This document shows positions 53,701 to 63,794 of a stretch of 64,000 nt of DNA, in pieces. The notes under the pieces are model-generated. The model did not search any database and had not been told where the DNA came from. It saw only the letters and a program-made list of their open reading frames with translations. Every line of letters starts with the position of its first letter. The first letter of the stretch is position 1. Source of the stretch: Marsupella aquatica (Eukaryota > Plantae > Marchantiophyta); contig OZ316896.1 in NCBI GenBank assembly GCA_973895155.1, forward strand, positions 18,154,754 through 18,218,753, in the 5' to 3' direction. The position numbers and the translations under genes were made by a program.

Positions 53701-53944
53701 TGGAAAAATGACTCTAAACTGTGATAGTCATAGTGCTCTTCACTTGGCTGCTAACCAGGTGATGGATAGCAGGGTGAAGCACATTGATATCAGGTACCAT
53801 TTTATCAGGCAAGCAGTGTCTGATAAAACTTTTGAGCTAGTCAAGATTGATGGAAAGCTCAATCCCGCTGATGCTTTTACCAAAGTGATTCCTTTGGAGA
53901 GTTTCTCAAGACACCGTGCTACTTTGCAGGTTTTGCAGTTGTAG
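50726..53944 (+). CDS. Copia pol (protease, GAG-pre-integrase, integrase, RT, RNase H), open frame
   Basis: WILDSACTFH, VHSDVWGP, LRSDNGGEY, PQQNGVSER, YKARLVAKGF, QMDVVTAFL, YVDDML, YVDSDYG, TEAEY, KHIDIRYHF, NPADAFTK. Confidence 0.95.
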   Translation, partial: CQGYALNVVSNPGSDDWILDSACTFHICSRRDFFSSYTVSNGSVLMGNGIPCQVVGLGSVRFQMFDGAVRTLRNVRHILNMMKNLISLGVLEANGHQWSSANGVLQVSTGTKVVLKGKRHCNLYILEGSVVSDEANATLSHEETARLWHFCLGHMSEKGLVILQKKGLLSNLQSCKLEFCEHCVLGKQHRKPFGVGTHTSKEVLEYVHSDVWGPAPTPSHSGRLYYVTFIDDYSRYVWIYFLHNKSDVFAIFKEWKAQVENQTGNKVRYLRSDNGGEYSSREFGTYCKEQGITRHLTTSYTPQQNGVSERLNRTLLDRSRSMLSQSCLPHEFWAEAVNTAAYLVNFSPSSSIGFKTPYEMRYGRPTDYSHLRIFGCDAYVLTPSQLRSKLESKSNKCIFLGYQKGVKGYRLWDPVTCKLIVSRDVSFNESRSSKEGESSQDSHTDKGKSPIPDRVEGEISHDAVHDRKDGEAPSLELVPVMEQEEQIVAGVPQIQPVAAIDQPESSTRRTSSRSTRAPTRYGQWADSSKLDDIDIAPDEDDMALILEEREPSSYSEACASEQKHEWNAAMQRELQSLSDNKTWELVELPRGQQVVDSKWIYKLKDSPSEGGDKIYKARLVAKGFTQEKGVDYNEVFSPVAKYSTIRILCQLVVFFNLVMDQMDVVTAFLYGNLEELIFMRQPLGFMKKGQENLVCRLLKSLYGLKQSPRQWNKRFDDFMLAQGFTRMVYDPCVYTKSVKNDVFGFIILVIYVDDMLIVAKDQSEVDSLKAKLSAEFRMKDLGKAKRILGMEIFRNSDTGQLCLSQGQYARKVLARFNMENCKPVSIPLASHFKLSSAFSPTDAVEKGLMAKIPYEKAVGSLMYLMTCTRPDLALAMGKVSRFMSNPGKVHWEAVKWILRYVKGTQDYGLLFDNRSNRTLVGYVDSDYGGCLDTRRSTTGFVYTLGGGCISWKSTLQKCISQSTTEAEYVAAAEAAKEAIWLDKLIAEMGLEHGKMTLNCDSHSALHLAANQVMDSRVKHIDIRYHFIRQAVSDKTFELVKIDGKLNPADAFTKVIPLESFSRHRATLQVLQL

Positions 53945-54140
53945 TGCAAGTAGAGTTATTTAGCAATGTGTGACTATTTGTATATGGATTACTCATTCCT
54001 GTTAGGTTACGGCTTAGTTCTAGTTAACCCTTAGTTAACCCTTGTGGTTTTTAGGGGGAGACCTGGTTTGGTGATTGTCTAGAACTTCCCGCTGAGGATT
54101 CCATATGGTAGCATTTAGTCTAGTCCCCAAGACAAGAGTC

Positions 54141-54149
54141 AAGGGGGAG
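54141..54149 (+). promoter_or_regulatory. Copia polypurine tract
   Basis: AAGGGGGAG just before the 3' LTR. Confidence 0.88.
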
Positions 54150-54151
54150 TT

Positions 54152-54495
54152 TGTTAGATATTGCTCTAGTCTTGTGACTCATGAGCTAACTACAGTTAGG
54201 CTAACTCGGGTTAGGACTTAGCTAATGTTAGCGGTAGTGCTATTGTGCATATAGCCAGGGCTGATGCCAGACCCTGGTGGAACTTAGGCTCATTGTTACG
54301 GAGCTAGTTGAGAGATAGGAAGAGCTTGTGTTGTGGATGCTTGGTATGGCCAGTCGGCCTAGAGTGCAGTAAAGCTCTTGTGTGTTCCCGTGTACGTAGC
54401 CTCATGTGGAGGTGAACCACGTATCTCTCTGTGTCGACTCTTGTGCGTTGGATGGTTCATGGGCTTGCCGTTGCGAATGTCGTCTATGCTCAACA
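54152..54495 (+). repeat. Copia 3' LTR
   Basis: Matches 47586-47929 with 2 substitutions. Confidence 0.96.
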
Positions 54496-54500
54496 ACTTG

Positions 54501-56534
54501 GACATGGAGTACAGATGCTGAGGCAGCATTTGCCACTTTGAAGGAGAAGCTCTCAGAATACCCGGTGCTGAGAAGACCTGATTTCAGCAAGGTCTTTGTG
54601 CTACACACAGATTGGAGTGCCCTTGGGATTGGTGCCATTCTGGGCCAGCATGATGAGGAAGGTAAAGAGTACGTCATTACCTATGCATCCAGGAGCAACA
54701 ATCAGGTAGAGAGTCATTATTCTTCTTATGAGGGTGAATGCCTTGCTGTTGTGTGGGCTGTCATACATTATAGGCCCTACCTCTATGGGACCAGGTTTGT
54801 TCTCTACACCGACCACCAGCCCTTGAAGTGGTTGATGACCAACGACAAGCTTACTGGCAAGCTTGCTCGTTGGGCGCTCATACTCCAGGAGTATGATTTT
54901 GAGGTAATTCATAGGCCTGGTGTGACACATCAAAATGCTGACACTATGTCCCGCAGCCCTTTGATTACCTCTGATGATTCCTCAGATGCACGACAAGATT
55001 TTGACCAGGTTTCTATCCTGCCTACATTTAATGCATCGACCTATCTTGCTTTGCTGCCATGCTATGTTGTTGACCAACCTGTGGTGGACATATGGGAGGA
55101 CAGCGACACTCTGAGATTTCTGCAGCATGGGGAGTACCCCACACATGTTACTGCTGCCCAGAGAGACCAAATTCAGCAAAGGTCCAAGCGCTACTTGTGG
55201 AAGGGAGATCATCTCATGCGCTGCTTGCCAGACAGGGAAGTGGTGGTTCCACCTATTCATGAGAGGGTTGGCCTTATCCGTAAGGTACATTCTGAGCTTG
55301 GTCATTTTGGTGTTAAGAGGACTTATAGCCTCTTGGTCCCTCATTATCATTGGAGAGGCATGCATGGCCAGGTTTGAGATGTCATTGCCCGGTGTGAATA
55401 GTGTGATAGGGTGAGGACTTCCTTCACATCTCGACAACCCACACTTCATCCACTCCCTATTCAGGGCATGTTTTATCGCTGGTCATGTGATTTGGTTGGA
55501 GAATTACCCCTCACGTCTCGGGTAATCTCTACATCATGATCATGATAGAGCATTTCTCCAAGTGGATAGAACTTGTGGCATTGCCGGATAAGACCTCCCA
55601 TAGCACCAGCCAGGCATTCCTGCAACAAGTTCTCAGCCGCTTTGGAGCTTGTGCAGAATGTCTCACTGACCAGGGCTCAGAGTTTAGAGGAGAGTTCCAG
55701 GAGTTGCTTGATCAGGCCCTCATTGATCATCGCCAGACATCACGAGATCACCCACAGGCAGATGGCTTGGCAGAGCGCATGGTTCAGACATGCAAGAAGG
55801 GTCTCCGGAAGATTTGCCTCACCAAAAACAAGGAGGATTGGGACCTGGCCTTACCCTACATTGCCATGGGGTATAGGATGTCTAGACATGCATCATTGTC
55901 TAACTTTTCTCCCTACTTCTTGTTGTTTGGTCGTCACCCAGTTCCACCTTCTGCTATTGCTGCTCACATGCTTCAGGTGGTGGACTTGGATTCAACTGTG
56001 ACTTGGTCTGATGTGATCTTTGAGAGGGCTGCCCTATTCAGGAGGGTTATGCCCATGGCCATGGAGAATTTGGCCATTGCACAACACAGGGACACACTGC
56101 ATTATGCACACACACGAGGGGGCACTTTTCAGCCCAAGGTCAGGAAGTTTGATGTGGGAGATTTTGTGTACTTGCAGCGGCAAGCTAACGACACCCTGGA
56201 CACCTCTACCAGTCGTACTATTCTCAGGGTTAAAGCTATTCGACCGTCTGGAGTGCTAGAGTTACAAGGGGCAGATGGGCGCACAATTGCTGACAATGCC
56301 AAGAATTGCGCCCCTTGTCATCTGCCTAACCTAGATCCCACCATTGTGACTTCTACTTGGATTCCACCTATGGATTACCCTTGCAAGGTGTGTTTGCGAA
56401 TTGATGATGCTGACCAGATGCTGCTGTGTGACAATTGCAATGGAGGGTACCATCTTTTCTGCCTTCGGCCTGAATTTACCCAGGTGCCAGAAGGGTTATG
56501 GTTTTGCCCTTCCTGTGCTCCACGTGCTACCTGA
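54501..56534 (+). pseudogene. Gypsy RNase H, H2C2 zinc finger, DDE integrase and C-terminal PHD finger, disrupted
   Basis: LHTDWSALGIGAIL, YSSYEGECLAVVW, YTDHQPL; HSELGHFG...C..C; SCDL / TDQG / GLAERM; PHD CKVC...LLCDNC..GYHLFCL...WFCPSC (56382-56516). Stops at 55375 and 55399 and a frameshift near 55520. Confidence 0.93.
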
Positions 56535-56571
56535 ATTTTCTTCAGCCCTCCTTTTGGCTGTGGTCTGGGGG

Positions 56572-56747
56572 GATACAGAGGTTTACACCTCCACTACGTA
56601 CATAACACTTCATTTGCTTTTTCTTGGCACTTGTGAATGTGATTGAACTTTTTCTATGCATGTTGGTTGCTAGCAGCTTGTACATATGCCTTGCCGGTGA
56701 CAGTATGTTTTCGATACACTATGGCTTCGATACTATATGTCACGACA
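56572..56747 (+). repeat. Repeat B1 (176 bp), preceded by a G-tract
   Basis: Matches 57108-57283 with 6 substitutions (~97%). GGGGGG at 56567-56572. Confidence 0.95.
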
Positions 56748-56749
56748 GC

Positions 56750-57107
56750 TGTCATGCCGAGGGACAATGCCTCTTATGCACATCGGCATGTCCCTCTCAT
56801 GCCCGCTAGGTATGTAGTTAGGGTTAGTGTACTACCTGAGTTAGCGACATGTTCTTGTAGCAAGTCTGGGCCGTTCTTGAAGCAAATGTGCTTGTTAGTG
56901 TGACGCTAGGACTTTGCTTGCTTAGGGCATGTCTTTCTTTGTTGGTTTTTAGTTCTTCTGGAATCGCTGTTGACAGAGCTCAGACAGTGCTCGTCGGTTC
57001 CGTACACGGGATTCACACAGTGATTCGTTAGATGCTCCCGACCGATCTTGGCATCACGCCGGTTTTCGATTTGATTTCAGTACGCTTGTTTCTCTTACGC
57101 CTTTTAT
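56750..57107 (+). repeat. Repeat A2 (358 bp)
   Basis: Second copy of 40539-40896. Confidence 0.95.
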
Positions 57108-57283
57108 GATACAGAGGTTTACACGTCCACTACGTACATACCACTTCATTTGCTTTTTCTTGGCACTTGTGAATGTGATTGGACTTTTTCTATGCATGTT
57201 GGTTGCTAGCAGCTTGCACATATGCCTTGCCGATGACTGTATGTTTTCGATACACTATGGCTTCGATACTATATGTCACGACA
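57108..57283 (+). repeat. Repeat B2 (176 bp), right terminus of the element
   Basis: Second copy of 56572-56747, ending ...CACGACA and followed by ATGT. Confidence 0.95.
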
Positions 57284-58159
57284 ATGTTGTTGAGTTTGAA
57301 AATGATTTTTGGGGGTCCACAACAAAAAGGACATTTTAACTTGAGCGCAACGCCCAATTGTTGTGTTCAAGTTGGATTCTGTGACCCCAGTGCATTTTTT
57401 AAGGATTTCACTTTTTCGCCAAGGTGGCAAATGTAAAGTGTGTCAAGGAGGAGATGCTCAAAAGATTCTGTATTCAATTATTTTCCTGACCGTCAGATCT
57501 CCCTAGATTTAAGGCGGATCATTAGATTCTGGCTAATGGGGCCTGGGATTAGGTGGAACACTGGCTAATGAGACAGCAAAAAAGTAGCGAATTTAGCCAA
57601 AAGTGGCAAAGTATTTTTGGGGAGGTGGAATCTAGCAAATTTTTGCCACTAAAAAAAACACTGACTGTGACCCTGAAGTATTATACATTGAGCACAAAAG
57701 GAGAAAAAATTATGAATCACATAACAACACCAACATTCAAACACAATGCTCATTTTTGAACTCAACGCCTTGCAAATAATCAAAACTCAAATACAACTGT
57801 CTTTGAATGAACCCAGAGATTGCAGCAAAACTCAAATACAATACCCCAGGTGCACTACTCGAACACTGCGCCATGACATTATGTTGGGGGCAGCGGCCGA
57901 AAATTGAAACAGAGTGTCATGATTGGCCTTGTGTTGGGAGAAACCCTCACTATTCGAAAACTGTGCCATGATGTCATGTTTCGGAAGCATGGCGGTGGGA
58001 AAGACTCTAGTGAAACCAATGTTTGGGGAAGACACTAGTGTAATTAAAAGAAAACATACGAGCCTGAATGCAAACATTCTTTCAATGTTAAAAGAAATGA
58101 TGACTCACCCTTTCCATATGCAAATTTTGGTGGGGTCCCACATAACTCTCTAGAGGTTT

Positions 58160-58440
58160 CACTTTAGAAACCTAGGGCCCAACTCTAGTTTCTGTGTGCA
58201 ATTTAATAATAAAATTTTTTGAAAGCCAAATTTTGATGGCCCCAACTCTAGCTTCTGTTTACAACTTAATAATAAAAAATTTGAAAAGCCAAATTTTAGT
58301 GGGACCCTAGAGTCATGGTCCAGAAACTTCACTCTAAACCTAGACCCAAACGCTAGTTTTTGTTGGGTGGCAATTAGCCTTAGGCCCAAACGCTAGTTTT
58401 TGTTGGGTGGCAATTTAATAGTAATATTTGTCGAAAGCCA
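58160..58440. repeat. Degenerate short tandem repeats upstream of PSF3
   Basis: CCCAAACGCTAGTTTTTGTTGGGTGGCAATT twice; CCCAACTCTAG...AATAATAAAA twice. Confidence 0.7.
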
Positions 58441-58484
58441 GTGAAATTAAACTAAAAGAAATCAGGGATTTTCAAACCTCCCAT

Positions 58485-58492
58485 GGCGGGAA
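58485..58492. promoter_or_regulatory. Possible E2F-like site (GGCGGGAA)
   Basis: Near-consensus E2F motif about 400 bp upstream of a DNA replication gene, one mismatch to TTTCCCGCC. Confidence 0.3.
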
Positions 58493-58896
58493 CACTGTAT
58501 ATAATGGAAATCCTCGCTTCGTTGAGAGAGTACCATTCCAAAAGAATCAATTTATCGCTCCACTCAATTCAATTCAAATCCGGACACACTGAAGACAATT
58601 GTCATTTTCTCCGCCTCGAATGACGCAGCTCGGTCGGTCGATCGATCGATCGATTGTTTGGCACTGCTGTGTCAAAATCACACCGATGTGAAGTGCTGCA
58701 ATTGAACGAGTGAAGTGAATGTGGAGCTGCAGCTCGTCTGTGTCTAGAGGAAAGGACGAAGGAGCTTGTGGCCTGATACCACCTCGAGAATAATTGTGGC
58801 TGGACTAGAAGTCCGGCTTCTCATCGCCCTCCGTTCCTCATGTGCGGGAGAATTCTGAGGGAATTTCGAGCGAGTGGCCGGCTTTAAGAGGATGCG

Positions 58897-61524
58897 ATGT
58901 CAAGCTACTACGAACTTGATGATATCTTGATGGAAGAAGAGGTAAACTTGTCCTCTCACGGCCTCGTAATCTCATTCTCCGCTCTCCGCTCTCTGTTCTG
59001 CTTTCGCTTTGTTTTGCCCTGCCCTGCTCTGTTCTCTGTTTTGAATGTCTCCGGTGTTTTGCAGCTCCGGTTTTCCTGATGTCTCGCTGTTTAGGTTTTC
59101 TCTGCCCTGAATTGGACTGGTTGAGTTTCAGCTGCTTTGACTCTGACTTCATGTTTCCCGTTTGTTAATGTTTCTAGTCTTGCGTTGAGTTCGCTTTCTG
59201 TTCTCTTTGGTTTTGCAGTATGTCTCCGTCACATTCATTGTTAAAGCGAATGGAGTTGGCGTGATTGATCCCGGTTCTGAAGACGATAATGTAACCAACT
59301 TACCTTTCGTGCCTTTGTTTTCGATTCCTTTTCTGGCCAATCCCTGACAAAGCAATTTCTGATAGTCGCACAGACTTTCAGAGGACTGTACGACATTGGT
59401 GCTTGATTTTTGGCAGTCCTTCAGTTTGGATTAGGATGCTGGTGTGCGTCTAAGGATTTCGTTGGGAGTTGAGATCGTTGCAATTGAATGACTGCAGGTG
59501 GAGCAAGGTGCGAATGTCGATATTCCGTTGTGGTTAGCTCAGGATCTTTTCAGCAGGCAAGCCGCGCTAATCAAGCTTCCCTACTTCTTCAGTGATAGGT
59601 CAGTCATCTATCCATCATCTCCTTCAGTGTCCCCTGCCTGTCTCTTGCCACAAATGCACGGGAACAAAACAAAGACTATATTGTTCTGTTCTGGTTTTTC
59701 TGAGTTGGCGTTTGAATTCTATCAATTACGAACAATTGCTTTTCTACTACAATTCTACTACATTTGGTTAGTTTGCATACTTAAACAGAAACAGGTTTGA
59801 TTATTATCAAAGCACGGACGCTCCCACTACTTTACAACAGCTCATGAAGGTTGCCGATAATCATTCCCTTCGATGAAAATCTGAGTTCTGTCTCGTTTGC
59901 TGGCAGGATTCGGAAGGAAATTCAAGCTGATGCTGCGTGCGTGGACTTGAGACGATGCTGTCCTTATTTCTATGAGCTTGGCTGCAGACTGGTGACGTTG
60001 TAAGAAAATTACCTCTTGCTCTCGACAAACTATCGAAATGCAGTGTTGCTCTTAACCCTAAATCTCTCTACAGCCTTCTGTGTAGACGGGCAGTCTAGTC
60101 TGGTTATATGTTCCGTTAGCTATGAGTTGGGCTTTTATTACTAATTGTCTTTGAAATTTCCTGCCTTTTCAGGACACAAGATGTAACTTTGGGATCGTTC
60201 CTCTTGTATGCACTCCAAGGGAGATACAAGGACATGCTCTGCAGGGCGCATACTGTGTCATTGTCGACGCCGCCTAAGTTTCTGCCACTCCTCACCAGAG
60301 AAGAAGTTCATAGTAAGTATTACAAAACCTTATTCACGAAGATCCTTCAGCGACGACACGAAAAGTGTTTGAGTTTCCCAGTGATCACTGAGGTCCCTTG
60401 GTGCAAAGTAGGCACTGAAACGATTCGTGCTGGTAGAGTTCTGAATACTGTCAAGTAGATAGTAGATAGGCAGCTCTCGCATCTGAGGATAATTGTAGCT
60501 TCACATCCCCTCCGTTGGCTTCATTCTCCTAACTGATTGGTTGACTGTATTTTTCTGTAAAAGACAGACGAGAATTATTATTCGAATTAGATTCAGTGAA
60601 GCTACAATGATCCTCATGCTCCGTTTTGCTTTCACTCTCCTACGTTTCTTTACTTCCTCACTAGGGCATCTTACATAATTTCAGAACAACGTAACACCTC
60701 GCCACGATTTTACTATGTTTAACAAACCAGTGATGTCATGACAATATAACCTGATGTTTGTTTGACTTTTGAGCTTGAATTTATCGTTAATACCATGATA
60801 TGGGTCGTTGTATTGGCTCAACGAGGTAGCTTTGTCGGTCACTGCTTTGAGCCGAGGATGGCAAGTTTCTTGCGCAAGCTGTTTTGATTCTGCTGTTCGT
60901 TTTTGCCTCGAGAAAACTCAATGAATTTCATAAAAAAAACCAGGATTCTGCTGTTCTTACATGTGAGCTTATGAGCACAGCCCTTTCGAAAGCTAATAAC
61001 CAATTACGCTCGAACCAATTACCCTAATCATCGTCTTCACTATGGTTGTTTGTAGAAGATACTCCTACCTCTCTGTGTCTCGCCATTCGTCTTGTCCAGA
61101 TCCCTTTCAGAGTTAAATCTCTCCATGCTGGAGAAAGATTTCGTACACCACATTTTTGTTTGATACTCCCACCCAGGAAGTTGACGACGCACTCACTATT
61201 GTTGCATCTGGATCTCCGATTCTATGCCATTTAATTGCACCGTTGCACCGAAAGTAACAAATGCCATTATCCTCGAATCGTTCCATTTGCCTTCGGAGTT
61301 TTGCCAGCGTTGTAGTCTGAGATTGTAAATCAGGCAGGGACAATGAAAAGCTCGAGGAAACTAATTAATTATTGGTTTTACTTTTGGCAGTGTTTGAATC
61401 TGGGCGAAACTCTATGCGGGCTTTCAACAAGTGGCGGCTCCATGGTTCAAGACTGGAACGCGCTGCGGTGTTAGGAAGGAAACGGCTACATAATGCCCTG
61501 TCCTGTCCCTTCGACTTGGCTTAA
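58897..61524 (+). CDS. PSF3: DNA replication complex GINS subunit PSF3, 6 coding exons
   Basis: MSSYYELDDILMEEE, ANGVGVIDPGSEDDN, VEQGANVDIPLWLA, IRKEIQADAACVDLRRCCPYFYELG, LTREE, FESGRNSMRAFNKWR...LGRKR. GT-AG junctions. Confidence 0.92.
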
Positions 61525-63794
61525 TCAGTCCCTGGGTTGACTCGACTAAGCAGATTGATTGTAAATATTTCGCTTATTTCGATAAAACGTGCTGTCAGTA
61601 GTTCTGTCGAGATGGTTACCCGCTCAAGCACAGCCCGAACCAGTGGAATTTGGTGAGCAGAGATCAAAAGGTTGGATGATTACGAACGTTGCAATATGTG
61701 AGCATATCATCCACTTTATCAGAGAGACCCAGGGCAGATGGGGTTACAATCAACCCGTGCTTATTTCGTCACTTTGCTGGAGGAGTGGATCTTGCCTAGG
61801 CTTTGCCGAGTGGCTGACGATTGTTAGGGATAGCTTCAGCAATCAGAAGCGATCCAATGCGGAACGGTCTCCAGTGTTCAATTCATTTCATGCATCTTTT
61901 TGGATTGCTCACTGGGGTTCAATCTGCTTTTCCTTGGCTTCCAGCTGGGACCATCAAACCGCGTCCGACGGAAATACTGAACAGCGACAGTTGCCCACTG
62001 TTGTAGAAACAACTTATACATCATAGTGTTCAGTCCTCTCCAAAAAGTGACGCCTTCTATGAGCAAGGTTTGATGCAGCTTGCACTCAGATAACAAATTT
62101 GATCAGATCCATATTAGAAAGGATCTCATGTTTCAAGAGGGAGAACCATTTAAATCTTTCATCGTATTAAGATCATGTTCTAACATGTGAAAAGATCGTG
62201 AAAAGAGATTCACTGTTTGGACTTGACACGGAGTTTGAAGGACGAGTGTGGTGCAAGTTTATCAGTATTTGAGCATTATCAAGAAATGGTGCCGTATAGT
62301 CGATCAATTCATCGTCCTCATCCTCACAGTGTTGGCTTGGAACACCTTTCTAGTCAACTAATCATACCATGACCGTCAGGTTAGTTTGTTTTCGTGCTGT
62401 CAAGTAACTCAATTCAAATCTCATCTCTTGGGCAAAGTGGACCGCTTTCTGCATCGCAGTCCTACTTGTAATCATGTCTTTCCTGCAGAGTTACTCCTAC
62501 TTCATAGCCTCTTTCCTTTGGAAGCGAACAGCGGAGAGGGGACAGAAGATATCAACAGTCTTGTCGTCAGTAGCAGTCACAAATAGTCTCCTCTTGGTAA
62601 GATGCCCAACGTCACCTGCAAGTCACGATGCATTCCAACATCCCTTGACATCTATCTCTTTTAAAATGATGGGTTATTGATGCACATATGGCTTTGTAAC
62701 TCTCTCCTGCTTGCTTCCATTATCCTCGTATTGGCGGTGGTGAGGTCTAGCCGTAGCTGACTTTGGTGTCTCTCTGATAGAACAGGCACCATGGAGCACC
62801 ATGGAAAGAAACGACCACAGCTAAACCTGAGTTCAAGAGGGCCCATGTGTCAACACATCTTCTTCAGCTGATGAGTACACCAACTAGGGACTGAACAACT
62901 GCCTTAAAAAATCAGGGACACAGAAAAGTTACTTTCCCAAACGTCCTTTGACCACGTCACATACCCATAGACACGGAGCTCCCAAAAAGCTAATATGCTT
63001 GGAGAAGCTTCAGAGGTTGATCAGTGTTGTGAACACTGGTCCCACTTTTCCTGTAAAAGCCAGCCATCATTGGATCATGGTATTCGACAGGGTTGAAAGA
63101 CCCTTCCTGACTGTACAAGTAAGTAAGTAAGCTATTCGAGCCCAAAAAAGTATAGAATAGTGCAAAAGAACAAAACGGCCCTAAGTTTAATTGGTTGAAT
63201 GACCTTTTCTGACTTGCAAGTAAACGATGTGGGCCCAAAAGCGGCCGGAGTTCAACAGATCGACCAACTACTTCGTTTCTTGAGGCCTTTAGATCCAAAA
63301 CTCCACGGCACCATCTTCCTCTCTAGCTAATCTACAATGGCAATCTTCCTGAGCAATCTGAACATGGTGTGTGAATACTGCAGCTACGCACACTGTTGTG
63401 TATGGTTCTCGCATATGTTTCAGATTCCATCTAAATCCAAACAACCGGAAACACAGCCCATGAACCCTGGTACGGATCACATCGGAGCATGCAAGGCCTT
63501 AGCTACAGCTCGAATCTTCAGTTAGGATCAAAGTGGTCACTCTTTGGCAGGACGTGTCATTCCTGTCGCCGTTTTCCCAGATTTGAATCAATCCAGTTTC
63601 CCAGACTTGACTTCAATTCGAAGGAGTTCGAAATTCTTGAGCGGGTGACTTCCGATTGACCACCACAGACAATGAGAAGAAGCCCTGGTCGACGGATTCT
63701 TGATGTTGATGTTACAGTATGTTATAGTTCTAGGACTGTACTCACTGTCCTTTTTTCACAATCATGCATGGCTTAGCAGGACATATTGACACAA

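Larger units (their letters stand above)
47586..54495 (+). mobile_element. Full-length Ty1/Copia LTR retrotransposon nested in the Gypsy pol
   Basis: 344-bp LTRs (TG...CA) with 2 differences, 5-bp TSD ACTTG (47581-85, 54496-500), PBS, PPT and gag-PR-INT-RT-RH order. Confidence 0.97.
40539..57283 (+). mobile_element. Degenerate Ty3/Gypsy-type retrotransposon with split direct repeats (A1-internal-B1-gc-A2-B2), carrying a cytosine DNA methyltransferase and a PHD finger
   Basis: Starts TGTC, ends GACA, flanked by ATGT (40535-38 and 57284-87). Gypsy order PR-RT-RH-INT. Repeats A and B mapped directly. Confidence 0.9.

Noticed and set aside
40539-57283. Classification as a DIRS/PAT/Ngaro tyrosine-recombinase element
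   Set aside because: No recombinase motifs seen and no room for one after the PHD finger. The element has a protease, a Gypsy RT, a DDE integrase and a TSD.
56750-57283. A2+B2 as an ordinary 3' LTR with a truncated 5' LTR
   Set aside because: Does not explain B1, the G-tract sitting before B1, or the primer-like site directly after A1. An assembly duplication is also unlikely because the copies differ by about 3%.
61589-63525. ORFs downstream of PSF3
   Set aside because: No recognisable domains or consistent exon structure.
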